DNA from: an uncultured Gemmatimonadaceae bacterium
GTDB taxonomy: Bacteria > Gemmatimonadota > Gemmatimonadetes > Gemmatimonadales > Gemmatimonadaceae
NCBI GenBank assembly: GCA_963843845.1
Contig: CAWJMB010000003.1
Span: 128,001-192,000 of the forward strand
Length of the DNA stretch: 64,000 nucleotides
Direction: 5' to 3'
The notes under the pieces are model-generated. The model was not told the DNA's origin, did no database searches, and was given only the letters and a program-made list of their open reading frames with translations. Both the position numbers and the translations under genes were made by a program. Each line of letters begins with the position of its first letter. Positions within the stretch are counted from its first letter, which is position 1. Below, in pieces: positions 20,446 to 32,139 of this stretch.

Positions 20446-23400
20446 TCAGAAGCCCAGGCGCAGCGCGAACGTGAACCGCCGGGGGATCGGCAGCCCGAAC
20501 GTATCGCTCGCCTCGTAGAAATTATTGTCCGTCTGCGTCGAACTCAGCGAGTTCGACGTGCCGTCGTAGTTGATCTCGGGGTCGGTGCCGACGTACTTCG
20601 TCCACAGCGCGAGGTTGCGCGCCGCGACGGAGAGCGACAGCGACGACGCGCCGACCCGCCGCGCGAGGCGCTGGCCGGCCGTGTACGTGACGCTCAGCTC
20701 GCGGAAGCGGAGGAAGTCGCCGTTCTTGTTCTGGTTGTAGCCGTCGTACGGCGAGAGCGCGACGAGCCCGAGCCACTCCTGCGCCGCGGCGTAGCGCTCG
20801 TCGGCGCGTCGATGCCGGGTTGAGCAGCGTCGCCTCGACCTTCGACGCCGCGATCCGGTTGCGGCCCAGCGTCGGGCTCGCGTTGCGGAACGAGTCGGTG
20901 AGGTCGGAGATCGTGTAGTTCCCGGCCTTGTACTCGAACAGCGTGCCGACGCGCCACGCCGAGCCGACGCGGAGGGTGCCGCCGAACGCGCCCTGCCAGT
21001 CCGGGAAGGGCTTCCCCTGATAGTGGTCGAGGAAGTCGCCGTTCGCCGTCGTCGTCGGCGCGCAGCAGGTTCAGGTTCGTCGGGTTGATCGCTGCGGCGA
21101 GTGCGGCGCGCAGTTCGGCTTCCGTGTCCGGCCGGCCGTCGCGGTTCTGGTCGTACGGCGTCTGTCCGGCGGTGCAGACAGCCGCCCTTCGCGTCGGCCG
21201 CGTTGGCGTACGTGCCGCACGGCTGCAGGATCTTCGCGCCGAACAGCGCGCCCGGCGTGTAGCCCTCCTTGATGAAGCCGCGGATGCGCACGTAGCTCCC
21301 CTGCACCTTGATCGCCGGCGCGCCGCCGAGGCTCACGACCTTCTGCGAGAGATAGGCACCGTTCGCGAAGAGGTCGAGCCCGACCGAGCGGCGGTTGATC
21401 GCGCTGCCGTTCAGGCTCAGCTCGAGGCCGTTCGCGTCGAGCTGCCCGATGTTCGTGAGCTGGCGCGCCGATGAAGCCGCCCGAGACGGCGAACTGCTTC
21501 GCGACGAGCGCGTCGCGCAACGTGCGGGTGAAGTACGTCGCCGAGACCTGCGCGGCGTTGTTGAACAGCCCGATCTCGAAACCGCCCTCGAGCTCCGTCG
21601 TGACTTCCGGCTTGAGGTCGTTGTTGCCGAGGTTCGACGGCACGAGGCCCGAGCCCGTCGACGCGTTGATCGGGGCGTACGTCGTGAACTTGTCGAACGC
21701 GCCCGGCTGACGCCCCGAGCGCCCGATCGCGCCGCGCAGACGCAGCGACGAGATCGTCGTCCAGTTCCACCCGCCGCGGTCGGACGGAACGATCGAGACG
21801 CTGAGCTTCGGGTAGAGCACGCCGCCGGCGCTCTCACCGAACGAGCTGTTGTAGTCGTAGCGTGCGCCGACCGTGCCGAAGATCCAGTCGTGGAAGCCGA
21901 GCTGCTCCTGGGCGAGGAAGCCCGCGTTCACGACGCGGACATAGCTCTCCCCGACCGTCTGCGTGACGCCGGCGCCGGCGACGGCGAGTCCCGGGCCGGG
22001 GAAGTCGCGCCCGCTCGCGCTCTCGCTCTTCTGCGTCGCGATGTAGCCCTGGCCGCCGGCCGTGAACTGCGACTCGAACGTCGAGCCGAGCTGCGCGCGT
22101 CCAGTTCCCCTGCGAGTCGAGCGTCACGTTCTGCTGTCCGCAGCCCGCTCACCGTGCGGCTGCCCAGCGGCGCGTTCGCGCTGAGCAGGTCGACGTTGTT
22201 GCCGAACGGGAGGTAGCTCACGCCGCGCACGTCGGTGTTGTCGATGCCGAGCGATCGTGTTCAGCACGAGGTCCTCGGCTCGGCGTCCACTTGCCGTTGA
22301 CCGAGCCGGTGTAGTGCGTGCCGTCCTGATACGATGGCGAGCTGGTTCGTCTCGCGCACCGTGCCGAAGCGCTGTTGCCGAACGGGTTGCCCGTGAGGCC
22401 GCAGCGCGCCGTTGCCGGTCGCGAACTCGAGCGAGCGCGATCGTGCCGGTCGCGTCGTTGCAGTACGCTTGGTCGCGGCTTCGCGTACATCGCCTCGCGC
22501 GTACGGCGAGTAGATCGAGTTCTGCCCCTGCATCGCCGTCGATGCGGAAGACGGTGTAGAGCGACTGGAGGCCGATCGTGACGCGGCTCGTCGGGAGCAG
22601 GTTGAGGCTCAGCGTAGCCCTGGCTGCGCTTGAGCAGGTCCTGCGCGTTGCCGCCGACGCTGCGCGGCGGTGTACGGCCCGTCCTCGTACTCGAAGCGCC
22701 CGCCGGCGAAGTACGTCGCCCTGCTCGGCGCCGCCGCTGACGGAGCCGTTCGACCGTGTTGTTGTAGCCCGTCTCCCAGAGCTGCTGCGTGACGTTGTAG
22801 CTCGAACGGCACGTAACGGCGTGATCGGTCTGCCCGAAGATGCGGCTCAGCGTGTCGGCCTGCGCCTGCGTGCGGGCGAAGCCGGAGTTCGGCGTCGACG
22901 CGGTCGGGGTAGCTGATCTGCGAGCGCGTCGAGGTCGAGCGTTCCAGCGCGCGGGGCCCTGCGCAGCCCTTCTTCGTGAAGATCTGGATGACGCCGTTCG
23001 ACGCCTCGGTGCCGTAGAGCGTCGCCGCGGCGGCGCCCTTGAGGATCTCGACGCGCTCGATCGACGATGGGGTCGATGTCGTCGAGGCGCGACGTGCTCG
23101 TCATGCCGCCGGCGCTCGAGCCGCCGTTGTCGGAGCGCACGCCGTCGATGTAGATGACCGGGTTGTTCGACTGCGAGAGCGACGCGTTGCCGCGGATGCG
23201 GATGCGCGCGCCGGCGCCCGTCGTGCCGCCACGACGGCAGCACCGACACGCCCGGCGACGCGCGCGGCGAGCAGCCTCCGAGGGGCTCTGGATCGGCGCC
23301 TCGCGCAGCTCGCTCGGTGTCGATGGTGGCGATCGTGTTGCCGAGCTTCTTCGTCTCGACGGCGGCGCCGGTGCCGGTGACGACGACCTGGTCGAGCTGC

Positions 23401-23778
23401 AGCGCCGACTGGCGCATGTCGAAGTCGGCGCGCGCCGTCTGGCCGAGCGTCACGGCGACGGTCTTGTTCTGCGCCGCGTAGCCGATGAGGCGCACGCGCA
23501 CCTCGACGGCGGGGCCGACGGGCGACGTTCGCGATGCGGTAGGTGCCCGCCTCGGTGGTGGCGGCGCCGATCGTCGTGCCGGCGATCATCACCTGCGCGT
23601 TCGCGAGCGGGCGGCCGCTCGCGACGTCGCGCACCGTCCCCTCGACGGCGCTGCCACTGCCGCGCGCGGGAGGCGCCGGCTGCTGCGCCCGCGCGGTCGC
23701 CGCGGGCAGGGTGATGGCCAGGGCGGCGACCAGGAGCGCCAGCACGGCGGTCGGTCGACGAGTGAGCTCACGGGTCAT
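20446..23778 (-). CDS. SusC/RagA-like TonB-dependent receptor, heavily frameshifted
   Basis: Carboxypeptidase-like N-domain (EGTVRD..GRPL), [46 protein letters not shown]-terminal Phe. Confidence 0.85.
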
Positions 23779-23825
23779 CGCATGGTCCTCGGTGAGACGG
23801 GGCGTTGGGACTGCGCCGGCAGAGT

Positions 23826-23945
23826 GACGAACGAACGGCGAACGAACGGGCGAACGATGGGCGAACGAACGGGCGAGCGAGCGGGCAACGAACGGGCGAC
23901 GAGCGGGGAACGAGCGGTGATGGGCGAGCGGAGACGATCGAACGA
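23826..23945. repeat. Degenerate ~11-12-bp tandem repeats (GGGCGAACGAAC-like) upstream of susC
   Basis: About eight imperfect units in the intergenic region. Confidence 0.65.
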
Positions 23946-23963
23946 CGGTGCGTGGCGGGCGCA

Positions 23964-24491
23964 TCATGGCGTGATGATCCCGCCCCCCCCCTCGTCACCG
24001 CCGCCGCCGCCGGCCTGCGCGATCAGCACGACGAATCCGGCGATCGCGCCGGCGGCGGCGAGGGCGGCCGTGACGATCGTGCGCCGCCGGTCGAGCGCGC
24101 GCACCTCGGCGCGTGCGACGACGGCGGTGGGGATCGTCACACGCTCTCCCGCCCACGCGACGCGGTCGCCGAGCGCCTTCATCGTCTGCGAGACGACGAG
24201 CGTCGCGTCGGTTTCCGTCGCGCGCTCTACCCGCCCGTCGACGACGAGCGTCTGCGGGCCGAGTCGCGGCGTGAGCTGCGTGGTGCCGTCGGCCGTGAGG
24301 TAGATCCGCACCATCGCCCCGGCGACGAGCGGCCCGGGCGCGACGGGCACGTGACGATAGCAGCCTGCGGCCAGCGCCGAGACGGCGGCGACCGAGCAGG
24401 CGAGACGAGACCGACGAGAGAGGGGCACGGCGGAGGGAGAGAGTGCGGGCGCTGACGCGTCGGATATGGGGGTCGTACCAGGGCGTCGCAA
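23964..24491 (-). CDS. Hypothetical lipoprotein (start uncertain)
   Basis: Lipobox LAAGCY, C-terminal TM helix and Gly tail. Confidence 0.6.
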   Translation of the reverse strand: MRRPGTTPISDASAPALSPSAVPLSRRSRLACSVAAVSALAAGCYRHVPVAPGPLVAGAMVRIYLTADGTTQLTPRLGPQTLVVDGRVERATETDATLVVSQTMKALGDRVAWAGERVTIPTAVVARAEVRALDRRRTIVTAALAAAGAIAGFVVLIAQAGGGGGDEGGGGIITP

Positions 24492-24574
24492 GGGCGCGGA
24501 CCCTGCCAGTCACCCAATTCGTCACCCCGAGGGATATTGTATCCACTCTCACCCTCACCGCCGAGGACTTTCGG

Positions 24575-27500
24575 ATGCGTTTCCCGTGTTCGCTCGTCGC
24601 CGCCACGCTCGCGACGCTTCTCGCCGCGCCGACGGCGCCGGTCATGGCCCAACCGCGGGGCGCCGCCCCGCCACGCGCGCCGGCCCAGGACCCGCTGCGC
24701 TTTCAGATGATGGGCCCGTCGTCGGGCGGCCGCATCTCCGCCGTCGCGAGCCCTCCTGGCGACGCGCGCGTCTGGTACCTCGGCGCCGCGTCCGGAGGCG
24801 TGTGGAAGTCGGTCGACAGCGGCGCGACGTTCGTTCCCGTCTTCGATCGCCAGCCGGTGCAGGCGATCGGTGCGCTCGCCGTGGCGCCGACCCGGCCGGC
24901 GATGGTGTGGGCGGGCACCGGCGAGGCGTGGGCGATCCGCGAAGCGGACGTCACGGGCGACGGCATCTACCTCTCGAACGACGCCGGCGCGACGTGGACG
25001 AACATGGGGCTGCGCGAGACCGGCCGCATCGGCCGCATCCTCGTGCACCCGACCGACCCGAACATCGTCTACGCCTGCGCGCTGGGCCGCACGACCGGGC
25101 CGCAGCAGGAGCGCGGCGTCTACCGCACGACCGACGCGGGGAAGAACTGGACGCGCGTGCTGTTCGTCGACGCGAACACCGGCTGCTCGGGGCTCAACCT
25201 CGACCCGAAGAACCCGCGCACGCTCTACGCCGGCATGTGGCAGGTCGAGATGCACCCGTGGGCGATGCTGAGCGGCGGGCCGTCGAGCGGCATCTACAAG
25301 ACGACCGACGGCGGCGACAGCTGGACGCGGGTGAGCCACCCCGGGCTGCCGACCGGACCGCTCGGCAAGATCGACGTCATCCTCGCGCCGAGCGACTCGC
25401 GGCGCGTGTACGCGCTGATCCAGACCAAGGATCAGGGCTCGCTCTGGCGCTCCGACGACGCCGGCGCGACGTGGCGCGTCGTGAACTGGCAGCGCCCGCT
25501 CATCGGCCGCGCCGGCTACTACATCAAGCTGGACGTCAACCCGCGCAACGCCGACGAGATCCTCGTCGCCAACAGCAGCTTCTGGCGCTCCCAGAACGGC
25601 GGCACGACGTTCGAGGAGGTGCCGTGGGGGGGCGACAACCACGACATCTGGTGGGACCCGAAGAACCCGGACCGCTTCGGGCTCACGAACGACGCCGGGG
25701 CGCGCCTCACCACCGACCACGGCCGCACCTGGATCTCCGTCGGGCTGCCGATCGCGCAGATGTACCACGTCGCCGTGGACAACCGGATCCCGTACTGGGT
25801 CTACAGCAACCGGCAGGACAACGGCACGATGCGCGGACCGAGCACGGTGCCGGAGGCGACGACCGGCACGCGGGGGATCGCGGCGCCCGACCGGCGTCCG
25901 GCGGGCGCGGGCGCGGGCAGCAGGCGGCCCCCGCGGCGTCGGCGGGCGGCACCGACACGCTCGTCGCCGCGCCGCGCACGGTCGGCGGCACCGTGCCGAA
26001 CGATTCGGCGACGCAGCGCAGGATGGGGCTGCGGCAGCCCGGCGACTCGGCGGCGCGCGACACGACCGCCGCGCCGGCCGTCGGCGGCGGGGGCGGCGGC
26101 TTCGGCGTCGGCGGCGGCTCGACGTGGGACCACGACCTCGGCGGGTGTGAGTCCGGGTTCACGATTCCCGACCCGACGACGCACGACGTCGTCTGGGCGA
26201 CGTGCTACGGCAACAAGGTCACGCGCTGGGAGGCGAAGACCGGCGTCGCGCGCTCGGTCAGCCCCTGGATCGCACACCCTCGATGCCCCGCCGAACGAGC
26301 TCAAGTACCGCTGTCACTGGACGGCGCCGCTCGCGATCGACCCGTTCGATCACAACACGGTCTACTACGGCTGCCAGGTGATCTTCAAGACCTCGAACGG
26401 CGGGCAGAGCTGGAGCGTCATCAGCCCCGACCTCTCGACGCGCGACCCGTCGCGCGTCGTGCCGTCCGGCGGCATCGTCGGCGACAACCTCGGCCAGTTC
26501 TACGGCGAGATCGTCTTCGCGATCGCGCCGTCGGAGATCCAGCGCGGGCTGATCTGGGCCGGCACGAACGACGGGAAGGTGTGGAACACGCGCGACGGGG
26601 GCGCGACGTGGAACGACGTCACGCGGAACGTGCGCGGCATGCCCGAGTGGGGGATGGTGCGCAAGATCGAGCCGTCGCGCTTCGATCCCGCGACGGCGTA
26701 CGTCGCGGTCGACGCGCACGTCATGGACGACCGGCGGCCACACATCTTCAAGACGGCCGACTACGGCCGCACGTGGACGGAGGTGCACGGCGACCTGCCG
26801 AGCGACCATCCGCTGTCGTACGTCCTCGCGGTGGCCGAGAACCCGAACAAGCGCGGGATGTTGTTCGCGGGGACCGGCCACGGCTTCTACTACTCGCTCG
26901 ACGACGGCGCGCACTGGACGCAGTTCGACGAGGGGCTCCCCGCCGCGCCGGTGACGTGGGTCGTCGTCCCGAAGCTCTGGCGCGACGTCGTCGTCTCGAC
27001 CTACGGGCGCGGGATCTACATCCTCAAGGACATCACGCCGCTCGAGCAGGGGGGCTGCCCGCGACGGTCGCGAGCGCGTCGGCTGCAACGGCGCCGCGGC
27101 TGTTCGCGCCGCACCCCGGCTACCGCCAGGCGCGGAGCGGGCGCGTCGACATCACGTTCACGGTGCCGGCCGCGACCGCGAAGCCGGTGTTGCTCGACGT
27201 GCTGGACTCGACCGGCACGCGCATCCGGACGCTCTCCGTGCCGACGCGCGCCGGCATGAACCGCGCGACGTGGGACCTGCGCTACGAGCCGCCGCCGCCG
27301 GTCGTGCTGCGGACGATCGCGCTGCAGAACCCGTTCATCTGGAACGAGCCGCGCTACCGCAACCAGACGACGCGCACGATCTCGCACTGGGGAATCCAGC
27401 AGCCGCAGGGGCAGGGCCCGTTGGGCGTGCCCGGGCGCTACAGTGTGCGCCTGCGCACGGACTCGAACGCCGCGCCGAGCGCGCCGCAGCCGTTCCGCGT

Positions 27501-27996
27501 CGTGCTCGACACGACGGTGACACGGAGCGCGGCCGATCTCACCGCGTCGCTGCGCGCGCAGCTTCGCCTGCGCACCGCCCTCGACACGGCGGTCGCGATG
27601 ATCAATCGGCTGGAGGTGATGCGCAAGCAGATCGAGGACCAGCGGAAGACGAACGCCGGCAAGGCCGACCTGCTCGCCGCGCTCGACACGCTCGACCGAC
27701 GGATCCTCGACGTCGAGCTGCGCCTCGTGACCGAGTCCGACCTGAACAGCGACGACAAGTACTTCGTCGAGAAGTACCGCATCTACATGAATCTGATCTG
27801 GCTCGCCGGCGAGATCGGCACCGGCGCCGGCGACGTGGCCGGCGGCGCCGACTACCGCCCGACCGACCAGGCGCTCGCGACGTTGAGTGACATCGAGCGC
27901 GAGCTCGCGGCGGCGAAGGCGGCGTACGCGAAGCTCCTGCGCGACGACGTGCCGGCGTTCAACCGGCGGATGGCCGGCAAGATCATCATGGACTGA
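24575..27996 (+). CDS. Secreted VPS10/sortilin-like BNR-repeat beta-propeller glycosyl hydrolase, frameshifts near 25920, 26270, 27050
   Basis: GPSSGGRISAV, repeated SxDxGxTW Asp-boxes, GCESG, TYGRGIYIL, AGMNRATWDLRY. Confidence 0.85.
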
Positions 27997-28014
27997 GGCG
28001 ACGCGACCCGGCGA

Positions 28015-30654
28015 TCACTCCGCTCGCAGCGTGATCGCCGGGTCGACCGCCGCCGCGCGCCGCGCCGGGAGCCAGCTCCCGAGCAGCGCCGCCGCGCCGA
28101 GCGTCGCCACGGCGACGAGGTAGGCGTACGGGTCGGTCGGCGTGATGCCGTAGAGCACCCCGGCGGTCAGGCGGCCGAGCGCGAGCGCCCCGACGACGCC
28201 GAGCGCGAGGCCGACGCCGGTGAGCGCGAGCCCGCGGCGCACGATCATCCCGGACACGGCGCCGCGCGTCGCGCCTAACGCGAGCCGCACGCCGATCTCG
28301 CGCGGCCGCTGGCTCACGAGGTAGGCGAGCACCCCGTAGATGCCCAACGCCCCGAGCCCGAGCCCCAGCGCGCCGAACGTGCCTAACAGCACGAGCAGGA
28401 GGCGCGGGCGGGCGACCGCGTCGCGGACGGCGTCGTTCAGCGTGTAGACGGCGCCGATCGTCTGATCCTTGTCGATCGACCAGACCGTCCGCTCGATGGC
28501 GCGCACCATCGCGAGCGGCTCGCCGCGGGTGCGCACGAGGACGGTGTGGCGCGAGCGGCCCCCCTGCCGGTAGTTCACGTAGACCATCGGCTCCGCCGGC
28601 CGGTCCATCGACGACTGCCGGATGTCGCCGACGACGCCGAGCACTCGGACGGTGCCGGCGCCGAACGGGATCGAGCGGCCGGCGAGCCGCTCGCCGGGAT
28701 AGAAGCGCCGCACGAACGCCTCGTTCACGAGGATCGCGACCGGTCCGGTCGAGTCGTCCTGCGCCGTGAATTCGCGGCCGGCGACGACCGTGGTGCCGAG
28801 CGTGCGGAAGTACTGGTCGCTCACGTGCAGCACCGCCGCGCTCGCGCTGTCCGTCGGGTCGTTCGGGAGCGGCAGCTTGCGCGCCTCGCCCGCCCCGCGC
28901 AGCGGCGCGTCCTTCGCGGCGCCGGCGGAGACGACGCCGGGGAGCGCGCGGATCGCCTCGAGCAGGCGGTGGCCGACTTCGGTGTACGCGTCGCCGTGGC
29001 GCTCGTCGCTGAGCGACAGCGTGAGCGCGACGACGTGGTCCGGGCGGTACCCGGTCTCGACACGCACGAGCGCGGCGAAGCTGCGCGCCATGAGCCCCGC
29101 GCCGACCGCGAGCACGACGGCGAGCGCGACCTCCGCGACGACGAGGCCGTCGCGCAGCCGCTGCCCGTCGCCGCCGGCCATCGTGCGCCCGCCCGCGCGC
29201 AGCGTCTGCTGCAACGCGCCGGACGCGAGCCGCAGCGCCGGCACGATGCCGAACGCGACGCCGGCGGCGAGCGACAGCGCGAGCGCGAAGAGCAGCACCG
29301 GCAGGTGCAGCCCGAGCGACACGCCCGGCGGGAGCTGCGCCGCGCCGAACGCGCGGACCGCCGCGACGGCGCCCCACGCCAGCGCGAGCCCCGCGACGCC
29401 GCCGGCGAGCGACAGCAGCACGCTCTCCGTGAGCAGCTGCCGCACGATGCGGCCGCGCGCGGCGCCGAGCGCGGCGCGCACCGCCATCTCGCGGCTCCGG
29501 CCGACGGCGCGCGCGAGCAGCAGGCTCGCCACGTTCACGCAGACGATGAGGAGCACGCAGCCGACGGCGCCCGCGAGCACGAGCAGCGGCGTGCGGGTCG
29601 CGCCGGCGACGGCCGCGTGGAGCGGCCGCACGGTGACCGCGTCCCACTGCGCGTTCTCCGGGTACTGCGCCGCGAGCCGGCGCGCGAGCGCGTCGAGCTC
29701 CGCCTGGACGGCGGCCCCGTCGACGCCCGGCCGCGCCCGCGCGACGACGCCGAGCAGGCGGTTCTGCCGGACGCGCGGGATGTCGTCGTCCGGGATCGAC
29801 GAATACGGAAGGTGGATGTCCGCGCCGCTCGTCGGCAGCGCGAGCGCGCGCGGGAGGACGCCGAGCACCTCGTACGGCTCGCCGCCCAACAGCAGCGTGG
29901 TGCCGACGACCGACGGCGAGCCGCCGAACTGCCGCTGCCAGAAGCCATACGTCAGCATGACGACGTGGTCGGCGCCGCCGCGCACCATCTCGTCCTCGAG
30001 CGGCAGCCGGCCGACGACGGGGCGCACGCCGAGCGTGGGGTAGAAGCCCGCCGTGACGAAGACGGCGGCGACGCGCTGCGGGGCTCCGCGCCCGGTGAGA
30101 TCCTTCCCCGACCCATTCTCCTGATGGAACCAGCCGCCGAGGTCCGCGATCTGCCGGCGCGCGGCGCGCCAGTCGTCGATGTCGACCGGCGACACCGGCG
30201 AGTCGGTCACGCCGTCCGTGCGGTTGGCCGCCCACACGCGGTAGAGCTGCGCCGGCTCGGGGTAGGGGAGCGGCCGGAGGAGCACGCCGTGCACGACCGA
30301 GAAGATCGCGACGTTCGCGCCGATGCCCAGCGCGAGCGTGACGACCGCGGTGAGCGCGAAGAGCGGCGCGCGGCGCAGCGCGCGGACGGCGTAGCCCACG
30401 TCCTGCCGCAGCTCGTCGAGCGCGGTCCGCCGGCGCCCCGCGCGCTCGGCGCGGCCGTCGATCGTGCGCATGTAGTCGCGGGCGTCGTTCACGTCGCCGA
30501 ACTCGTGCAGCGCCTGACGTCGTGCCGCGTCGGGGGTGAGGCCGCCGGCGGTCAGCGCGTCGGTGCGGGCGTCGAGGTGAAAGCGCAGTTCGGCGTCGAC
30601 GTCGTCGCGGATGTCGCGCGGCGTGCGGCGCGGGAGGCGGAACGCGCGCCGCAT
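28015..30654 (-). CDS. ADOP-type duplicated ABC permease (MacB/FtsX-like)
   Basis: DAELRFHL, QDVGYAVRAL, TLALGIGAN, REMAVRAALGA, REIGVRLALGA, PARRAAAVDP. Confidence 0.92.
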   Translation of the reverse strand: MRRAFRLPRRTPRDIRDDVDAELRFHLDARTDALTAGGLTPDAARRQALHEFGDVNDARDYMRTIDGRAERAGRRRTALDELRQDVGYAVRALRRAPLFALTAVVTLALGIGANVAIFSVVHGVLLRPLPYPEPAQLYRVWAANRTDGVTDSPVSPVDIDDWRAARRQIADLGGWFHQENGSGKDLTGRGAPQRVAAVFVTAGFYPTLGVRPVVGRLPLEDEMVRGGADHVVMLTYGFWQRQFGGSPSVVGTTLLLGGEPYEVLGVLPRALALPTSGADIHLPYSSIPDDDIPRVRQNRLLGVVARARPGVDGAAVQAELDALARRLAAQYPENAQWDAVTVRPLHAAVAGATRTPLLVLAGAVGCVLLIVCVNVASLLLARAVGRSREMAVRAALGAARGRIVRQLLTESVLLSLAGGVAGLALAWGAVAAVRAFGAAQLPPGVSLGLHLPVLLFALALSLAAGVAFGIVPALRLASGALQQTLRAGGRTMAGGDGQRLRDGLVVAEVALAVVLAVGAGLMARSFAALVRVETGYRPDHVVALTLSLSDERHGDAYTEVGHRLLEAIRALPGVVSAGAAKDAPLRGAGEARKLPLPNDPTDSASAAVLHVSDQYFRTLGTTVVAGREFTAQDDSTGPVAILVNEAFVRRFYPGERLAGRSIPFGAGTVRVLGVVGDIRQSSMDRPAEPMVYVNYRQGGRSRHTVLVRTRGEPLAMVRAIERTVWSIDKDQTIGAVYTLNDAVRDAVARPRLLLVLLGTFGALGLGLGALGIYGVLAYLVSQRPREIGVRLALGATRGAVSGMIVRRGLALTGVGLALGVVGALALGRLTAGVLYGITPTDPYAYLVAVATLGAAALLGSWLPARRAAAVDPAITLRAE

Positions 30655-31001
30655 CAGGCCGGCTTCGCGGGCTCGGGGGCGAGCGCGCGGAACACGGCCT
30701 CGGCGTATCGCCGCCACGCGGCTTCTTCGGCGCGGAACCGCTGCCGGCCGCGCGCCGTGAGCGTGTAGAAGCGCGCCTTCCGATTGTTCTCCGACACCCC
30801 CCACTCGGCGCGCACGCAGCCGGCGTGCTCGAGTCGGTGCAGCGCCTTGTAGAGCGGCGCGTCGTTGATGTCGATGGTGCCGTCCGTGCGCTCGCGCACC
30901 CAGCGCGAGACCGCGTAGCCGTGCATCGGCGCCCAGCTCAACGCGCGGAGGATCAGCACGTCGAGCGTTCCTTGCACGAGCTCCATGGCATCGTCGCGCA
31001 T
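30654..31001 (-). CDS. PadR-family transcriptional regulator (acidobacterial type)
   Basis: LVQGTLDVLIL, MHGYAV, LYKALHRLE, EWGVSENNRKARFY. Confidence 0.92.
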   Translation of the reverse strand: MRDDAMELVQGTLDVLILRALSWAPMHGYAVSRWVRERTDGTIDINDAPLYKALHRLEHAGCVRAEWGVSENNRKARFYTLTARGRQRFRAEEAAWRRYAEAVFRALAPEPAKPA

Positions 31002-31160
31002 CGCCGCTCCCATTCCCAGGTACGGGGAACAGTGCGAATGCCGTCGCACGGTGTCAAGTCGCGTCCGCGCGGCGCGCCGAAGCGCTCCCCGGCTCGCGCC
31101 GCTCGCGGAGCGGCAGATCGGACTGTACGGCGGCGAGCCGACGATGCCTGGAACGCTTCC

Positions 31161-31202
31161 TCAGGCGCTCGTCAGGCGCTCGTCAGGCGCTCGTCAGGCG
31201 CG
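31161..31202. repeat. 11-bp tandem repeat TCAGGCGCTCG x3.8 overlapping the MBL gene stop
   Basis: Direct reading; each unit contains TGA on the minus strand. Confidence 0.85.
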
Positions 31203-32132
31203 GAGCTCCCGGTACCACGCGTCGAACGCACGCTGATAGAACGCCGGGTTGAACAGCGCCCACGCGCCTGCCGACGCCGGCAACGTGAACCCCGCCGCGC
31301 CCTCGGCGGCCGTCCGCCCGGCGGCGTGGGCGCTCCTCGCCGCGCGCTCGACGTCGTCGAGCATCGCGACGTAGCGATCGAGGTCGGCGGCGCGCGCGAC
31401 CGGGCCGTGGCCGGGAACGTAGGTCGTGGTCGGCGCGCGCCGCAGCGCGCGGACCGCGGCCGCCAGACGGCTCGGCGTCGCGTCGACGAAGTTCGGGAAC
31501 ATCGCGTTCCAGACGAGATCGCCCGTGAACGTCACGTCCGGGTCGTCGAGCTCGAGCGTCACGTCGCTCGGCGTGTGCCCGGCGCGTGGCACGAGGCGCA
31601 CGACCCGCCCGCCGAGGTCGAGCGTCGACGGAGCGTCGGCGGGGATGAGGACGGCGTCGCGCAGTGCGGCGACGCGGTCGCGCGTCGCGGCGGTCGCGTG
31701 AATGGCTGGCGGCGTGCCGATCGAGCCGTCAGGCACCGGCGGCAGGTAGCCGGCGACGCCGCTCGCGTGGTCGGCGTGGAAGTGTGTCACCACGACGTGC
31801 GTCGGCCAGCGCCCCGTCAGCTCGCGCGCCTGCGCCGCCAGCCATCCGGCACCGGCCGGCTGCATGAAGCCCTCGACCGCGAGCACGCCACCGCGCCCCG
31901 CGATCAGCCCGCCGTTGCACAGCGTCGTGCGGTCGCCGCCGAGCGGTGTCGAGACGAGCGCCCACACGCCGTCGGCGATCCGCTCGAGCGCGCCGAAGGG
32001 CTCGCGCGCGACGACGCGGCCGAGCGGCTCGCGCGCCCACGCGGCGCGTGCGGAGGCGGGGAGCAGCGCGCCGGCGAGCGCGAGGTGGGCGGCGCAGCCC
32101 CCGGCGTGCGCGAGAAAGTCGCGGCGGTCCAC
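31194..32132 (-). CDS. Tat-exported metallo-beta-lactamase-fold hydrolase
   Basis: DRRDFL Tat motif, THFHADH, GHTPSD, TGDL, VPGHG. Confidence 0.88.
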   Translation of the reverse strand: MDRRDFLAHAGGCAAHLALAGALLPASARAAWAREPLGRVVAREPFGALERIADGVWALVSTPLGGDRTTLCNGGLIAGRGGVLAVEGFMQPAGAGWLAAQARELTGRWPTHVVVTHFHADHASGVAGYLPPVPDGSIGTPPAIHATAATRDRVAALRDAVLIPADAPSTLDLGGRVVRLVPRAGHTPSDVTLELDDPDVTFTGDLVWNAMFPNFVDATPSRLAAAVRALRRAPTTTYVPGHGPVARAADLDRYVAMLDDVERAARSAHAAGRTAAEGAAGFTLPASAGAWALFNPAFYQRAFDAWYRELRA

Positions 32133-32139
32133 GAGCCCG

